Positions 1-14,082 of a stretch of DNA of 63,475 nucleotides are shown in pieces; within the stretch, counting starts at the first letter, position 1, and every line of letters starts with the position of its first letter. The DNA is from Octopus bimaculoides. Taxonomy: Eukaryota. The DNA is taken from contig NC_068988.1 in NCBI RefSeq assembly GCF_001194135.2, positions 93,972,045 through 94,035,519 of the forward strand. The letters are read 5' to 3'. The translations under genes and the position numbers were made by a program. Under the pieces are notes generated by a model. That model was not told where the DNA came from. It saw nothing but the letters and a program-made list of their open reading frames with translations, and ran no database searches.

Positions 1-56
<56 letters not shown>
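1..56. repeat. (AC)n microsatellite
   Basis: Direct reading. Confidence 0.99.
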
Positions 57-57
<1 letters not shown>

Positions 58-879
58 GTTTGGTGACTTTTACCTTGTTTAGTAAATGAATTTGTATTTT
101 TTTAATTTGTACAAATAATAGTTCTTCTAATTGGCATACTCCTTTGTTTTGCACGTGGATTTTTGGTTCTACTTTAATCAGCGTGTATTTTTGAGTATAT
201 ATATTGCTCACATGCTCATTCCATTAATGAGCGGCTGAGGGGAATTCATATAATGTAATAATTCTGTATTAAAACATAACAAATTTAAATTTTTGTATCT
301 GATAAATTATTTAAAAAAAAAAGGAATATAGTATTGTTTTATCACTTGTTGGATCTGGCTCATCTTGAAAGGCACGAAATAAATAGAAAATGATTGTGTT
401 GATTACTCTGGCGAGGACATTAACGTCTTAAATTTACATAAATAGGATAGGTAACAGATGTCCATTGCTTCGTGGCTGACTGTAAATTTAAGAAATAAAT
501 TCGCTAGTTTGTAATATTGACTGCTGGATCGAACCCTTTTGAGAATGACCATCTCGTGTAATATATTCAACAAGGGTCATCTAACTGACCCTATATAACA
601 TTGCAGCAACCACAATCACGAAGGCTCATAAAGGCGGATAAAGAAAGTTTTTCTTTTTTATATTTTGAGAGTTTGAAGATTTGTGTGTGAGATTTCATCT
701 ACATTTCACAATGAAGAAGTGGAGGGGATAAAAAGCATAAAAATCGAATTCATTTGGAACAAGAACAAGAAAAAAGAAAAGAGAAATTTACATCACATTG
801 AAATGAAAATTGCCAGAATGTCTCTCATGTAGTTCATAAACTAATAAGAGCGAATGGAGCGGAAGAAGACGAAAAATAT

Positions 880-1290
880 AAAAATACTGAATATTATTTC
901 AAAAGATAAAAACTTCCACCAAAAGGTAATTGATAGTTGTTCTCATTAGTAATACCTTAGACGTACAATGAACGATAATATAAAAAGTAAACTTGAGAAT
1001 ATGTTGTGAACAGGAAATGACATTTGATCACAATATTTCTTACTGTCCCAGTTTAAACCAAACTGAATGTATACATAAACAGGAGTTGATTGCTTTGTCC
1101 AACAGAAATACTGTCGGTGCTATCAAATTACTATGGAAGAAAGGTGTACAAACGTTTCTCGAAAACGACAAAGTGACCCTACCTCGGGACATGCTTATTC
1201 AAATTTCGGAGTAGTAAAGGCAACGTTGTTTTATAGCATTATCAAAGAGCGAAGGCCAAACTGTATCACCTGGTTGACGTTTTAACCTTA
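880..1290 (+). pseudogene. Possible degenerate Helitron/PIF1 helicase C-terminal relic
   Basis: Reading through the stops after ORF 993-1214 gives DKVTLPR...CFIALSKSEGQTV, versus Helitron xxVxIPRI...xFAMTINKSQGQTL. Upstream TE...KLPP. Weak match. Confidence 0.3.
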
Positions 1291-3627
1291 GTAGACAAAA
1301 GATATTTTTTCCAAACTTAACAAGACAAATTATCTGAGAATAAAATTGTCCGAATCTCTCCTTCTAGAATGTACTAGACTAACTGGTGTTATAGAATTTA
1401 TGAAGTAGTAGTTCTCAATCCTTTTGATTTCCTGATGCACCGGGTATGAAATAAAAAAAGATTCCAGTCTTGGAACTCGTAAAGGATTAATGGGGAATAT
1501 GTTTCCTAACAGGGCATTGCATATTCCTCGATAAATGTCGAATTAGAGCTAAGTAATAAGAAAACAAGCAAACATTATAAGTGCAAGCAATTATGATAAT
1601 TGTTATTCAAGTGATGGTTGATATTGTACAAATTATCAGCAACTAGAATAATTCATTTAACTACTAAAAAAACACACAAATAAAATAAATTGAAGATATC
1701 TCCTTAATCTTCGAATCTGATAAGCATTTCTTGAAATTAAGTTGTTAATTGTTGCAAGTAGTATGAAGTACTTAACCTAAAGAAACAACGAAATGCATGA
1801 AGCGAATCATGTGTTCAATATTCAAAATTGTGTTATTGTTGTCGATCCTGTTATCTCAAGATATTTCACAGTTATATTGTTAATACTTGTCATACCACAC
1901 GTAACTTTGCAGTGAGCGTTTGTTGTCATGGGTAATATCAGGAAATATGGTGGACATACAATCACTATAGTTCAAGTTTTATCAAATTTTATGGTTCTTA
2001 TTCAAAAGATGATGAAATGAATACTAATTTTTTGAAAGAAAAATATTTATCTTAAAATAAATTTAGGTGCAACAAATTTCTCATTCGAATTTGCACTAAA
2101 TATGTTATTATTTTTCTAATTTTTTTTTCGGTATAATCACAGTCTACACCATCAAAAACCTATTTTCAGAAGATTTCATTAAAAAAAAAAAAATGAATAT
2201 TTTTCAAAGCTTTATATGACACTCATCCTGCATTTGTTCTGTTAAGACTCTTCTCTGTGTGTCTCACTTTTATTCTCCTCTGTTCGCTCTGTACGATGTA
2301 AAACAACACCAGAGATAGCAACCAACTGAGCGAACCTATTTTTATATAGGCTAATATTAAATAGAAATAACCTAACGAGAGGGTCTTTATGTAATCGTTT
2401 GATTTGCTAAATACAGCAGCCAAATCTTGATAAAACTGCACATTACTGTAAAATGTTAAATCTAAATTCGGGATAAAGTTCACACGAAAACAAAATGGGA
2501 TGATCAGAGCTGGAATATTTTTGATTATAAATCTATTCAATAAAGATCTGGGGCCAAAGAGCCTTAAAAATTAGAACAGCCGTTAGGGAAACGTAAATAA
2601 GAGCTCGTGTGATGTTCATAAGTTTTTGAAAGATGTTAGTGAAGTGGAACTAGTCTTTTCCTGCTGTGGAGGCGAAGCTTGTTTTGTTGGATGCTTCAGG
2701 CCTCACTACGATGTTTGGTTTACAAGAAATTATAAAGATTTCTCATACATCTAATCTAAAGATGGAAGTAAGTGGGAAGCTGTGGTGTTCATATCTGTCT
2801 CACAATGATTAGCTAAATATATGAAGCCGTTTATACATTGGATTGAAACCATGGCGCAAGATTAGGAATTCGCTTGAATTAATTGCGTTAATGTAGCAGC
2901 ATCTATCGGTAACAGTTACTATAGAAGTAGGACTTCGTAGTAATTTATTAACTCTTTTACAGTTGTTGTAGTCAGACACTATTAACGGAACAGCTTTAAA
3001 TACACATAAGTAGTTACATAAGCTTTTCAGTAAAATATTAAGTCTTTCTTTGATCTGTTGCTACAATATTTTGTCGATAGTCATAATGTACGCTCTTTTC
3101 GTAATTGGATAATGGACTTTGATAAATTAAGCTGTAGACATCTACATAGACAGTTGTTCAGTTATTCACTGCGACCACTGCGGTTGTAAGCATTAATATT
3201 TTTTGCATATAAGCGCGGTGATGGAATAATCAGTGAAGTGCTAGAGAAAATTGCAGCAAAGTATTTCTTTGCATCCGTTTACAATCTGAGTTTGGATAAT
3301 GGCGGAGATCGGTTTTACTCTTTTTTTTTCTCCTTCCGGGTCAATAACACTCGCAGTGAACTAAGAGTATATTTTTCTCAGTTATATCATTTATACATTT
3401 AAGGCCTTGTTTTAATTAATATAAGAAATCAATAATTTCTTCCATGCAGTCACTGTTGCTGAAATGAACAAAGTAAGCCGAGTGTAGAATGAGATTTCAA
3501 GTTCAAGTTCGGCCTACTTAACCTACAGCGTTTATATTCTCGAGAAAGACGTGGTTGTCATAACAACTCTTTATCATCCTTGAAATATTTTCTCATTCGA
3601 TAGCAGGCGATAAGACTTTGATATGCT

Positions 3628-3885
3628 ATGGCATTGTCAACTGGCCTTCATGTTCCCCAGACTTGACTAGCCCGGATTTTATTATTTTTTGTGAGGTTAC
3701 CTGAAAGAGAGGGTTTACGTCAACAAACCGGAGACCCTGATGCAAATGAAGGAGAACATTAAGAGAGAAATCAGAGAAGTAGGATCTGAAACTCTTGAGG
3801 GTGTTATGGTGCAAATTTTGGAATGAACACGGGCGTGAGAAGCCGAAAATGGCAGCCATTTAAGCGATGTCATTTTTCACATGCG
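3628..3885 (+). mobile_element. Tc1/mariner-superfamily (Tc3/maT-like) transposase C-terminal relic
   Basis: NWPSCSPDLTSPDF..FL*GYLKERVYVNKPETL..MKENIKREI...NGSHLSDVIFH matches WPPRSPDLTPLDFFLWGYLKxKVY...GGHLxDIIF. Confidence 0.88.
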
Positions 3886-4336
3886 ATATAATGGTGTTGC
3901 AAAATTTGACTTGTGCATATTACTTTTCATTATGTCCTCCATATTGTATCAACATTTCATGCATTTATTTCGAAGGTTAAGGAAATTATTCAAAACTGAA
4001 ACACATCAGTGACTTTTGGGACGACCTGTATATATATATATATATATATATNNNNNNNNNNNNNNNNNNNNNNNNNNNNNNNNNNNNNNNNNNNNNNNNN
4101 NNNNNNNNNNNNNNNNNNNNNNNNNNNNNNNNNNNNNNNNNNNNNNNNNNNNNNNNNNNNNNNNNNNNNNNNNNNNNNNNNNNNNNNNNNNNNNNNNNNN
4201 NNNNNNNNNNNNNNNNNNNNNNNNNNNNNNNNNNNNNNNNNNNNNNNNNNNNNNNNNNNNNNNNNNNNNNNNNNNNNNNNNNNNNNNNNNNNNNNNNNNN
4301 NNNNNNNTAAACCCTCATTTGTCGTTCACGACAATA

Positions 4337-4379
<43 letters not shown>

Positions 4380-4857
4380 CATACATATGTGTTTGTGTTT
4401 GTGTGTGTGTGTGTGTGTGTGTCCATCACTCCTTCGTTTGTTATTCGAAGGGATGTGAAATGTCCTGGGTACTCCATAGTTTTTAAATCAATCTCTGCTT
4501 AGCTTCTCTTTGCGGGGCTATGGCGTCTTTTCTTTCATCTTTCTTCACTGAGGTTGAAAACTTGTCACACTCGTCTTCCATTTTCTCCTCCTCACTATGT
4601 GTGGCGGTACTACAAATGGTGGCCAAGGATGGACGAGGCGATTTCATTCGCTTCCAACAGAACTGCAGACGATAGTATGACCGGCGGGACCCTCTCGGGT
4701 AACTACAGCTTTTAGGAGCTGCAGCTGCATTTGCCGTTGATGCACTTTTGTTGCTGTTGTCTTTCTCTCCCCCTCTCCCCACCTCTCTCTCAATTCTCTT
4801 TCTTTTCTTTTGCTACCAGAACAAACAAGGCAAAACCCTGACTACTTTGACAATTTT

Positions 4858-4915
4858 CTTCTTCTTCTTCTTCTTCTTCTTCTTCTTCTTCTTCTTCTTC
4901 TTCTTCTTCTTCTTC
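4858..4915. repeat. (CTT)n microsatellite
   Basis: Direct reading. Confidence 0.99.
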
Positions 4916-5686
4916 ATTCCCGTATCAGTTTTAAAAAAGAAGTGGTATGATGAAAAGAAAAGAAAAGAAGGGCTAGTTTGTCATGCCTGGAACGCTTTTG
5001 AGCATAGTTCGGCATGATCCAGTCTGGTTAAGGGTTAACGACAACAGCAATGACAACAACAACAAGGACAAAATACTAGCAACAACAAGATGAACAATGG
5101 CTGCAACAATAAAAACAATAATATTGAAACAACAAAAGAAGCGACAACAACAATAACAAGAACGAATGACAACGAGGACGCCAGCAATTAGAACAAGAAG
5201 CGGAAACAATATGAGGCTGGTGGAGAGGATATCTTTGTGGTAGTCGTCTTTTCATTATGGAGCAATAAGACAATAAACACATTAACACAGTTGCTGAATG
5301 AATGATTTTATCTTCAGTTAACAATGGCGGTGAAATGAGGGAGTGATGGTGTGTGTGTGTGTGTGTATGTGTGTGTGTGTGTGTATGTGTGTGACGTAGT
5401 TCAACGTGGTGGTGGTGGTGGTGGCAGAGAATTTGGCGAGAGTGCAGAGCGTGTGAGATCGCATTAACAATGAAGCAGTCTCGATATCAAGTAATATCTC
5501 AGGCAAATGTTAAATCATTCTAAAACGTGGAGACTCTCTAAAGCAGAACTGATTCATAAAATGCATTGTTTGATGCAAGAAGAAACAAGTGCACATTGTG
5601 TTGGAGTGAGGAGGAGGAAGAGGAGGGTAGTAATAGAGAGTGGGGTGGTGGTGGTGGTGTTATATGTATGTACATATATACTTATA

Positions 5687-5733
<47 letters not shown>

Positions 5734-7261
5734 NNNNNNNNNNNNNNNNNNNNNNNNNNNNNNNNNNNNNNNNNNNNNNNNNNNNNNNNNNNNNNNNNNN
5801 NNNNNNNNNNNNNNNNNNNNNNNNNNNNNNNNNNNNNNNNNNNNNNNNNNNNNNNNNNNNNNNNNNNNNNNNNNNNNNNNNNNNNNNNNNNNNNNNNNNN
5901 NNNNNNNNNNNNNNNNNNNNNNNNNNNNNNNNNNNNNNNNNNNNNNNNNNNNNNNNNNNNNNNNNNNNNNNNNNNNNNNNNNNNNNNNNNNNNNNNNNNN
6001 NNNNNNNNNNNNNNNNNNNNNNNNNNNNNNNNNNNNNNNNNNNNNNNNNNNNNNNNNNNNNNNNNNNNNNNNNNNTATATATATATATTTATATATATAT
6101 ATATATAATCTATCATTTCTAACGTAATATCTGTTATGTGTGTGTGTGTATTTGTTTTTGTGTTAAGTTCCACATAGAATCAAGTTAACATTAAACCAAA
6201 GAATTACTCTATACTTGTTTAACATTGTAAAAGAGTTTAATAAATATGTACAAAGAAAACGTTGACAATTACTTCGAAATTTCGGGTGCTCAACCCCAAC
6301 AGACAGCCTGAGAAGGGCGGGAAAGCCGAACGTTCAAAGACAACGTCAGCCATCAAACAACAGTTTGAATATTTGCATTGATTATAGTGGGAATACGCTC
6401 GATTCGTAATAAAGCTTAGAATTCTAACATCATCTAAAAGTGTCCACAAAATTAACAATACTGACAGATTCTACCACATAAAAAAGTTACGATGAAGGAA
6501 GTTCATAATAAGCCAAATAGCTTTTGTTATTTAGACAACACCAACGAAGCTTAAGAAACGAAAACTAACACATTTATAAAAGATGTCAGCTAAATGTGGG
6601 CATTCACTCAGATTTCTAATCACAGCCTAATGTCTTATGACTGTATGTTGAATAAGGTAGAAATGGATATTGGACAAAATAGACATTACGGCCGAGATAC
6701 ACCAAAACGTGTGTGTGTGCGTGTTTTCTCAAACAGGAATCTAATAGACAAGAAATGGACATAGGACAAAACAGACAATTGATCACTGATGTATGAGGTC
6801 AGGGAAAATTATTTGGAACCGACTACTACTACTACTACTAACACGAGGAAAATAATATGAGTCGAGAGCAAACTTTCTAAGAATTTCTCAGTTCTCTTTG
6901 CTACTCTAGGCACAAGGCCCGAAATTTTGGGGCCTCTGCAAGCTCAGCATAAAACAGCTGCCTGTGTGTGCGTTCATCCACCATTCGAACAATGTGGCCA
7001 CACCATCTCATTTGTTTTTTCCAAACCATAGCTTTAATTGAGGTGATGCCTGCAGATGCAAGAATAATTCATTCCTTTGGACAAACCATGAATATGATAT
7101 CTAATTATCCTTCGTTAGAAATGTGCATTTTACTGGAGTGAACGAAACTAAATGTGACACCACTGAGTGTATTAAACACTGTGGCACATGGCACATTATC
7201 TTGATGTATCCAAGATTGGTTTCGATTTCCAAGTTAATAAAATAATTTCAGTTACATCTTT

Positions 7262-7510
7262 GTGGAGGCACATGGTCTATTAGTTAGAGCAGTGGACTAG
7301 CGGTCGAGGGATTGTGGGTTCGAATCTCAGACCGGGGGATGTGTGTGTTTATTAGGGAAACACCTTAAATGCACGCAGCTCCGCCAGAAGGTAATGGCGA
7401 ACTTCTGCTGACTCTTTCGCCACAACTTTCTCTCGCTCTCTCCTTCTGCATCTAGCAGCTCACCTGTGATGGATCGGCGTCCTGTCCAGGTGGGGAACCT
7501 ATACGCTAAT
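7262..7510 (+). mobile_element. SINE family C (tRNA-derived)
   Basis: A-box TGGTCTATTAGTTAG, B-box GGGTTCGAATCTC, 3' box gatggatcggcgtcctgtccagg. Confidence 0.75.
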
Positions 7511-8089
7511 GAACAAATAGCGAACCTTCATAGCGGACTCTATGACTCAGCACCAACTTCGGTGAATGGGTAATCTTGAAAGAACGGGTGGCATTTCAGG
7601 CTAGAGTAGATATTTTACTTTTTCACTGTTGTTAAAAGAAAATATACATAGGAATAGCCTAGACGCCTCTATCAAGATACAAGCACCCGAGTCAGCTTAA
7701 ACGTTCTGAACGTCGTTGCTGGGTATCCAGTTATGGAAGTGACATTAATACAAATCCATTAAATTTACCAGGAGAAATCTACCCTGGTACAATTGTTATC
7801 TACAATCATGTGACTCTCCTCATTTGCAATTTAAATGAAATATTTCTCTCAGCTTTGTAAATGATAAATGAAACAAACGAAAACCAATAGAAGGCCCTTT
7901 GCAAGTATATTTCATGCAAGTATATTTCATCAGCAAAAGGAGGATGAAAAGCAATGTATATACATGAGTAATTTGAACTTAGAACCTTCCAGCACATATT
8001 TTGTCTGCTATTTGGGCTATATATTACTGCTGCCAACTTCATCACCTTTCATTGTTTCTCGTTTAGTAGACGTACGACTAAGAAGTGTA

Positions 8090-8220
8090 AAATTGGTTTC
8101 AAATTTTGACTGAAAGCCAGCAAGTTCAGGGGAAGAGGGTAAGTCAATTATATCGACCCCAGTACTCAACTGGTACCTCTTTTATCCAACCCCGAAATGT
8201 TGTAAGACAAAGTCGAAGTT
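8090..8220 (-). mobile_element. SINE family B fragment
   Basis: tcgaccccagtactcaactggtacc...aaagtcga core. Confidence 0.7.
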
Positions 8221-9308
8221 CATTCAACTCCAGCATGGCCGCAGACTAATGGCTGACAAAAAGAAAACCAGGACCAGATTTAAAGTTGCCAAAGTTTGAT
8301 TTGAGGTTAATTTGGATGGTTATATTGAGACAAGCGATAGCAGAGAGATGCATTTTGTTGGTTCATCTTAAAATATTTGTGAAACAAGTGTCATTGCTGT
8401 CGTCTCCATTTCTTCCTTTTTATTATTATTATTTTTGTTTGATTAATCCCAACTCACTCATTCAATGGCTNNNNNNNNNNNNNNNNNNNNNNNNNNNNNN
8501 NNNNNNNNNNNNNNNNNNNNNNNNNNNNNNNNNNNNNNNNNNNNNNNNNNNNNNNNNNNNNNNNNNNNNNNNNNNNNNNNNNNNNNNNNNNNNNNNNNNN
8601 NNNNNNNNNNNNNNNNNNNNNNNNNNNNNNNNNNNNNNNNNNNNNNNNNNNNNNNNNNNNNNNNNNNNNNNNNNNNNNNNNNNNNNNNNNNNNNNNNNNN
8701 NNNNNNNNNNNNNNNNNNNNNNNNNNNNNNNNNNNNNNNNNNNNNNNNNNNNNNNNNNNNNNNNNNNNNNNNNNNNNNNNNNNNNNNNNNNNNNNNNNNN
8801 NNNNNNNNNNNNNNNNNNNNNNNNNNNNNNNNNNNNNNNNNNNNNNNNNNNNNNNNNNNNNNNNNNNNNNNNNNNNNNNNNNNNNNNNNNNNNNNNNNNN
8901 NNNNNNNNNNNNNNNNNNNNNNNNNNNNNNNNNNNNNNNNNNNNNNNNNNNNNNNNNNNNNNNNNNNNNNNNNNNNNNNNNNNNNNNNNNNNNNNNNNNN
9001 NNNNNNNNNNNNNNNNNNNNNNNNNNNNNNNNNNNNNNNNNNNNNNNNNNNNNNNNNNNNNNNNNNNNNNNNNNNNNNNNNNNNNNNNNNNNNNNNNNNN
9101 NNNNNNNNNNNNNNNNNNNNNNNNNNNNNNNNNNNNNNNNNNNNNNNNNNNNNNNNNNNNNNNNNNNNNNNNNNNNNNNNNNNNNNNNNNNNNNNNNNNN
9201 NNNNNNNNNNNNNNNNNNNNNNNNNNNNNNNNNNNNNNNNNNNNNNNNNNNNNNNNNNNNNNNNNNNNNNNNNNNNNNNNNNNNNNNNNNNNNNGTATAT
9301 ACACACAT

Positions 9309-9367
<59 letters not shown>

Positions 9368-9467
9368 CAATATGTGTATATGTATGTATATATATATGCA
9401 TATACACACACAAACACATACATATCGTATGCATATATGTATACGTGTATATATACACACATGTATA

Positions 9468-9537
<70 letters not shown>

Positions 9538-10111
9538 GTGCGTGACACAAAGAATCAGTAAATAGATATACACGGATGGATGAATGCATTCAACGTATGT
9601 ATAGATGTAAACAGTACATAAACATCAGCGAAAACACTTCGACATCGCTAAAATCTTCGCTGCCTAATGTATATCTGGCACGTTTTTTTCTAATATTATT
9701 AATTGTATATTTATTATTTTTGCATGTATTTGTAATATTTTTTTTATATGCAATTCATATCCCACATCTCCAAGAGACAGAGACGCTTCGTTTTATATTG
9801 TTATTTCCATATTTTGTTTGTGATTTTGTTTTATATGTTCATTAAAAAATGTTTTTATTTTTTCTTTGCCTTTCTTCTTTCGTTGTTTTTTTTTTTCACA
9901 GAATAATTCAATTTCTGCTCACCGTTTCCGTTCGGTGCACATAGAATGAGTGCTTGATGCTTGTCTGCTAAGCATTTCATCTGACAATCTTTCAGGAAGT
10001 AACTGAAGGAAATATACACAGGAAATGTGTAGTGTAAACGGAAAAGCCGTTGAAACAAAGGAACGCATAATAGCTGTGTGTGTGTAACTATATGATAGGT
10101 AGATGAAGATC

Positions 10112-10164
<53 letters not shown>

Positions 10165-10610
10165 NNNNNNNNNNNNNNNNNNNNNNNNNNNNNNNNNNNN
10201 NNNNNNNNNNNNNNNNNNNNNNNNNNNNNNNNNNNNNNNNNNNNNNNNNNNNNNNNNNNNNNNNNNNNNNNNNNNNNNNNNNNNNNNNNNNNNNNNNNNN
10301 NNNNNNNNNNNNNNNNNNNNNNNNNNNNNNNNNNNNNNNNNNNNNNNNNNNNNNNNNNNNNNNNNNNNNNNNNNNNNNNNNNNNNNNNNNNNNNNNNNNN
10401 NNNNNNNNNNNNNNNNNNNNNNNNNNNNNNNNNNNNNNNNNNNNNNNNNNNNNNNNNNNNTATATATATATATCCATCCGTATATACATACATATATGTA
10501 TGTATATATATATATGTAGGTAGGATTGTGTGTCTATATACATATATGTATATACATACACACACAAAAATACACACACACATACACACACGCACACACA
10601 CACACATATA

Positions 10611-10740
10611 CGGGGGGCTTCTTTGAGTTTCCGTCTACCAAATCTACTCACAAGCCCGAGGCTATAATAGAAGACACTTGCCCAAGGTAGCACGCAATGG
10701 GATTGATTCCGGAAACGCGTGGTCAAGAAGCAAGGTTTAA
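10611..10740 (-). mobile_element. SINE family A, head and CORE part
   Basis: Matches 14085-14230 (ttccgtctaccaaat...gaggctata.tagaagacacttg..caagg). Confidence 0.8.
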
Positions 10741-10749
10741 TAGATGGAT

Positions 10750-10798
10750 ACTAAAAGAAGCCCGTCATGTATGCATATATAAATATGTATGTATGTAT

Positions 10799-10840
<42 letters not shown>

Positions 10841-10862
10841 GAACTTCGGGCTTCTTTTATGT

Positions 10863-10903
<41 letters not shown>

Positions 10904-11150
10904 TGTGTGTATGTATTTATGCGTATATATATCTATATGTGTGTGTCCTCCACAACTACCACCACCACCTGGCAACAAGTTCTTGTCTGCGTTCCCGTAA
11001 CTTAGCAGTCCGGCAAAAGAAACCAATAGAATAAGTACCAGTGTTATCAAAAAAAAAAAACACATCAATAAGTACTGGGGGTTGATAAACTCTTTACGAC
11101 AGCACCCCAGCATGGCCATATTCTACCGACTGAAACAGATAAAGGATATA
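10750..11150 (+). mobile_element. SINE family A, microsatellite and 3' body
   Basis: AAAGAAGCCCGTC, TA/TG repeats, cgtaacttagcagtccggcaaaag...ccagcatggcc...gactgaaac. Confidence 0.75.
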
Positions 11151-11540
11151 TAAGCGAAGAGAGAGACGAATAAATAGATGTGTAGATAAATGAATTGATA
11201 ACCTGGTAGATAGAACGATAAACAGAGAGAAAAATAGGTAAGGTAGGAGTACATACATATATACACGCATCCACACACATACATACATTTAGGTTGAATC
11301 ATTTTCATGAACGAATTTTCATAATTCCATGCTTAAATCATGGAAACAATAAACCTTCTCGGCACCAATACTTACTCCACTCAATTATAATCGTTTCAAG
11401 AAGGTCTTGAATCATTAAGAGATAAAGGAACGCTAAATTTCAAAGCACGACTTAAAGAACGAAATAAAAATGCGAAGAACCGTTAATGAAACATATAAGA
11501 CACGAACTGGATCGAGTCGTCAATACAGGAGGGATGTATA

Positions 11541-11676
11541 TAAGGCAGCGAGCTGGCAGAAACATTATCACGCTGGGCGAAATGCTTAGTGTTATATCGT
11601 CTGCCTTTCATCCTTTGGGGTCGATAAATTAAGTCACAGTTGCATACTGAGGTTCATCCAATCGATTGATCCCTCA
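11541..11676 (+). mobile_element. SINE family B, internally deleted
   Basis: aaggcagcgagctggcagaaac...gcctttcatcctttggggtcgataaattaag. Confidence 0.8.
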
Positions 11677-12198
11677 ACAAAAATATATATATATACACCC
11701 CCATATCACACACACACACATAAGTATATATATATATATATATATATATNNNNNNNNNNNNNNNNNNNNNNNNNNNNNNNNNNNNNNNNNNNNNNNNNNN
11801 NNNNNNNNNNNNNNNNNNNNNNNNNNNNNNNNNNNNNNNNNNNNNNNNNNNNNNNNNNNNNNNNNNNNNNNNNNNNNNNNNNNNNNNNNNNNNNNNNNNN
11901 NNNNNNNNNNNNNNNNNNNNNNNNNNNNNNNNNNNNNNNNNNNNNNNNNNNNNNNNNNNNNNNNNNNNNNNNNNNNNNNNNNNNNNNNNNNNNNNNNNNN
12001 NNNNNNNNNNNNNNNNNNNNNNNNNNNNNNNNNNNNNNNNNNNNNNNNNNNNNNNNNNNNNNNNNNNNNNNNNNNNNNNNNNNNNNNNNNNNNNNNNNNN
12101 NNNNNNNNNNNNNNNNNNNNNNNNNNNNNNNNNNNNNNNNNNNNNNNNNNNNNNNNNNNNNNNNNNNNNNNNNNNNNNNNNNNNNNNNNNNNNNNNNN

Positions 12199-12241
<43 letters not shown>

Positions 12242-13286
12242 GAGGAAGTAATTAGAGAAATTCGATAGAGGAATAAAGAGTGTGACACGAAAAAAAGGCT
12301 GGCGTGTGAGACATTGAATGTTAGAAAAGATGTGAGCTAAAGGTTAGGCAGTGAGTCGTGCCTAGATATTGATGGAAGGTTGACAGCTTTGATTGTCTCA
12401 AGATCCACATAAAAGGTGCTGTAACTTTAAACTAACCACCGAATCATGATGATGTGGCGACTATAACTAAAGACGAAACAAATGAACGCCATTATCATGC
12501 TGCGTGTCTTCCTCTTGTTGCATGTCAAACTCCAGGGGGAACTAGCGAACCTTTAAGCAAAATGTCTGAAGTGTAAACCTTTGTTGTCAGCAGTAACGAC
12601 TAAGTAAGCAATCAATATTTGCAATTAAGAAGAGCATATGGTTGAGTGTTGGAGGCAGAATTTAGTGTTTCGCTGCTTAAATTTATGGATTTTATATGTG
12701 ATTTTCTGAGTAATATTTTCAATGGTTACAAGTCTCCAATAGGATCAGCCTTGCTTCACTGAATTTTTGACGAGGAGAAGTAACAAGGGGACAATCCTGA
12801 CACAATAGACTTCATTTGAGCGACACCGGTTTTAGAATGACGTCCACATTCTGCATCTTTATTCGGTGAAAGATTGCATAAATAAGATTACATATGTATG
12901 CGCGCATACAAATATATATACATACATACATATGTGTACGTATGTATGTACGTAGGCTATTGTGACGATTCGACAATATACCTGACTAAAGTAACTCAAG
13001 GACAGTTATGTATATTCCTTTCTACTATAAGCAGAACGCCTGAAATTTGGAGTCTAATCAACTGGCCCCTCCCCCAGTATTTCGGGCCTTGTGCCAAGAG
13101 CAGAAATGAATATATATATATATATATGACTTTCCGACTATACATATGTGTGCGTTTATGTGTCTCTGCATACATATATTATATATATATGCATGCATGC
13201 ATTATATGGAAATAAATATGTATGTATATGTTATATGTGTGTGTGTGTATACTTATATTCACAGACACATTCACGCTCGTATGCGC

Positions 13287-13330
<44 letters not shown>

Positions 13331-13714
13331 CACAGAAATTTGAAAAATGATTTAAGATAAATGGTTTATAAAGTGTAATAAAAAAAAACAAAAAGAAATA
13401 AAAAGAAAATCAACAGCGTTGTTGGTGGTTGCAATTTCTAATCAGATCACGGTGTTTCAAGTAAAATTTACCTGAAATAAACAGACTTGCTGAAATTCCA
13501 AATCGGAATACTAACGAGGTTTTGATTTATTAAGAAACAGAGAAAGGTTTTGATATTTCACGTAAGTCTGGGAATTTATTGAAACACGAACGGCACTCCG
13601 TGACTGACAAATATATTTCGTTTAGACACAACATTTCACTAAATAACTTGCTTTACAATCTTCCATTTTAATTTCATTTCCACACGTTTTTTACTCATGT
13701 AAGACATTTTTTTC

Positions 13715-13948
13715 TCTTTCCTTTATTTGTTTCAATCATTTGACTGCGGCCATGCTGGAGCACAACCTTTAGTCGATCAAATCGATCCCCAGGACTTATT
13801 CTTTGTAAGCCTGGTGCTTATTCAATCGGTCGCTTTTGCCGAACTGCTAATTTACGGGGATGTGAACACACCAGCGTCGGTTGTCAAGTGATGTTGGAGG
13901 GACAAACACAGACATACAAACATATATACACACATATACATATACACG

Positions 13949-13980
<32 letters not shown>

Positions 13981-13997
13981 TACACACACACGCACAC

Positions 13998-14082
<85 letters not shown>

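Noticed and set aside
2223-2540. 105-aa hydrophobic minus-strand ORF
   Set aside because: TTG start, AT-driven composition and no motif I can recognise.
7262-7335. tRNA-like A and B boxes (also at 25008, 53110 and family A/B heads)
   Set aside because: No complete cloverleaf, and each continues into a shared SINE body; these are not tRNA genes.
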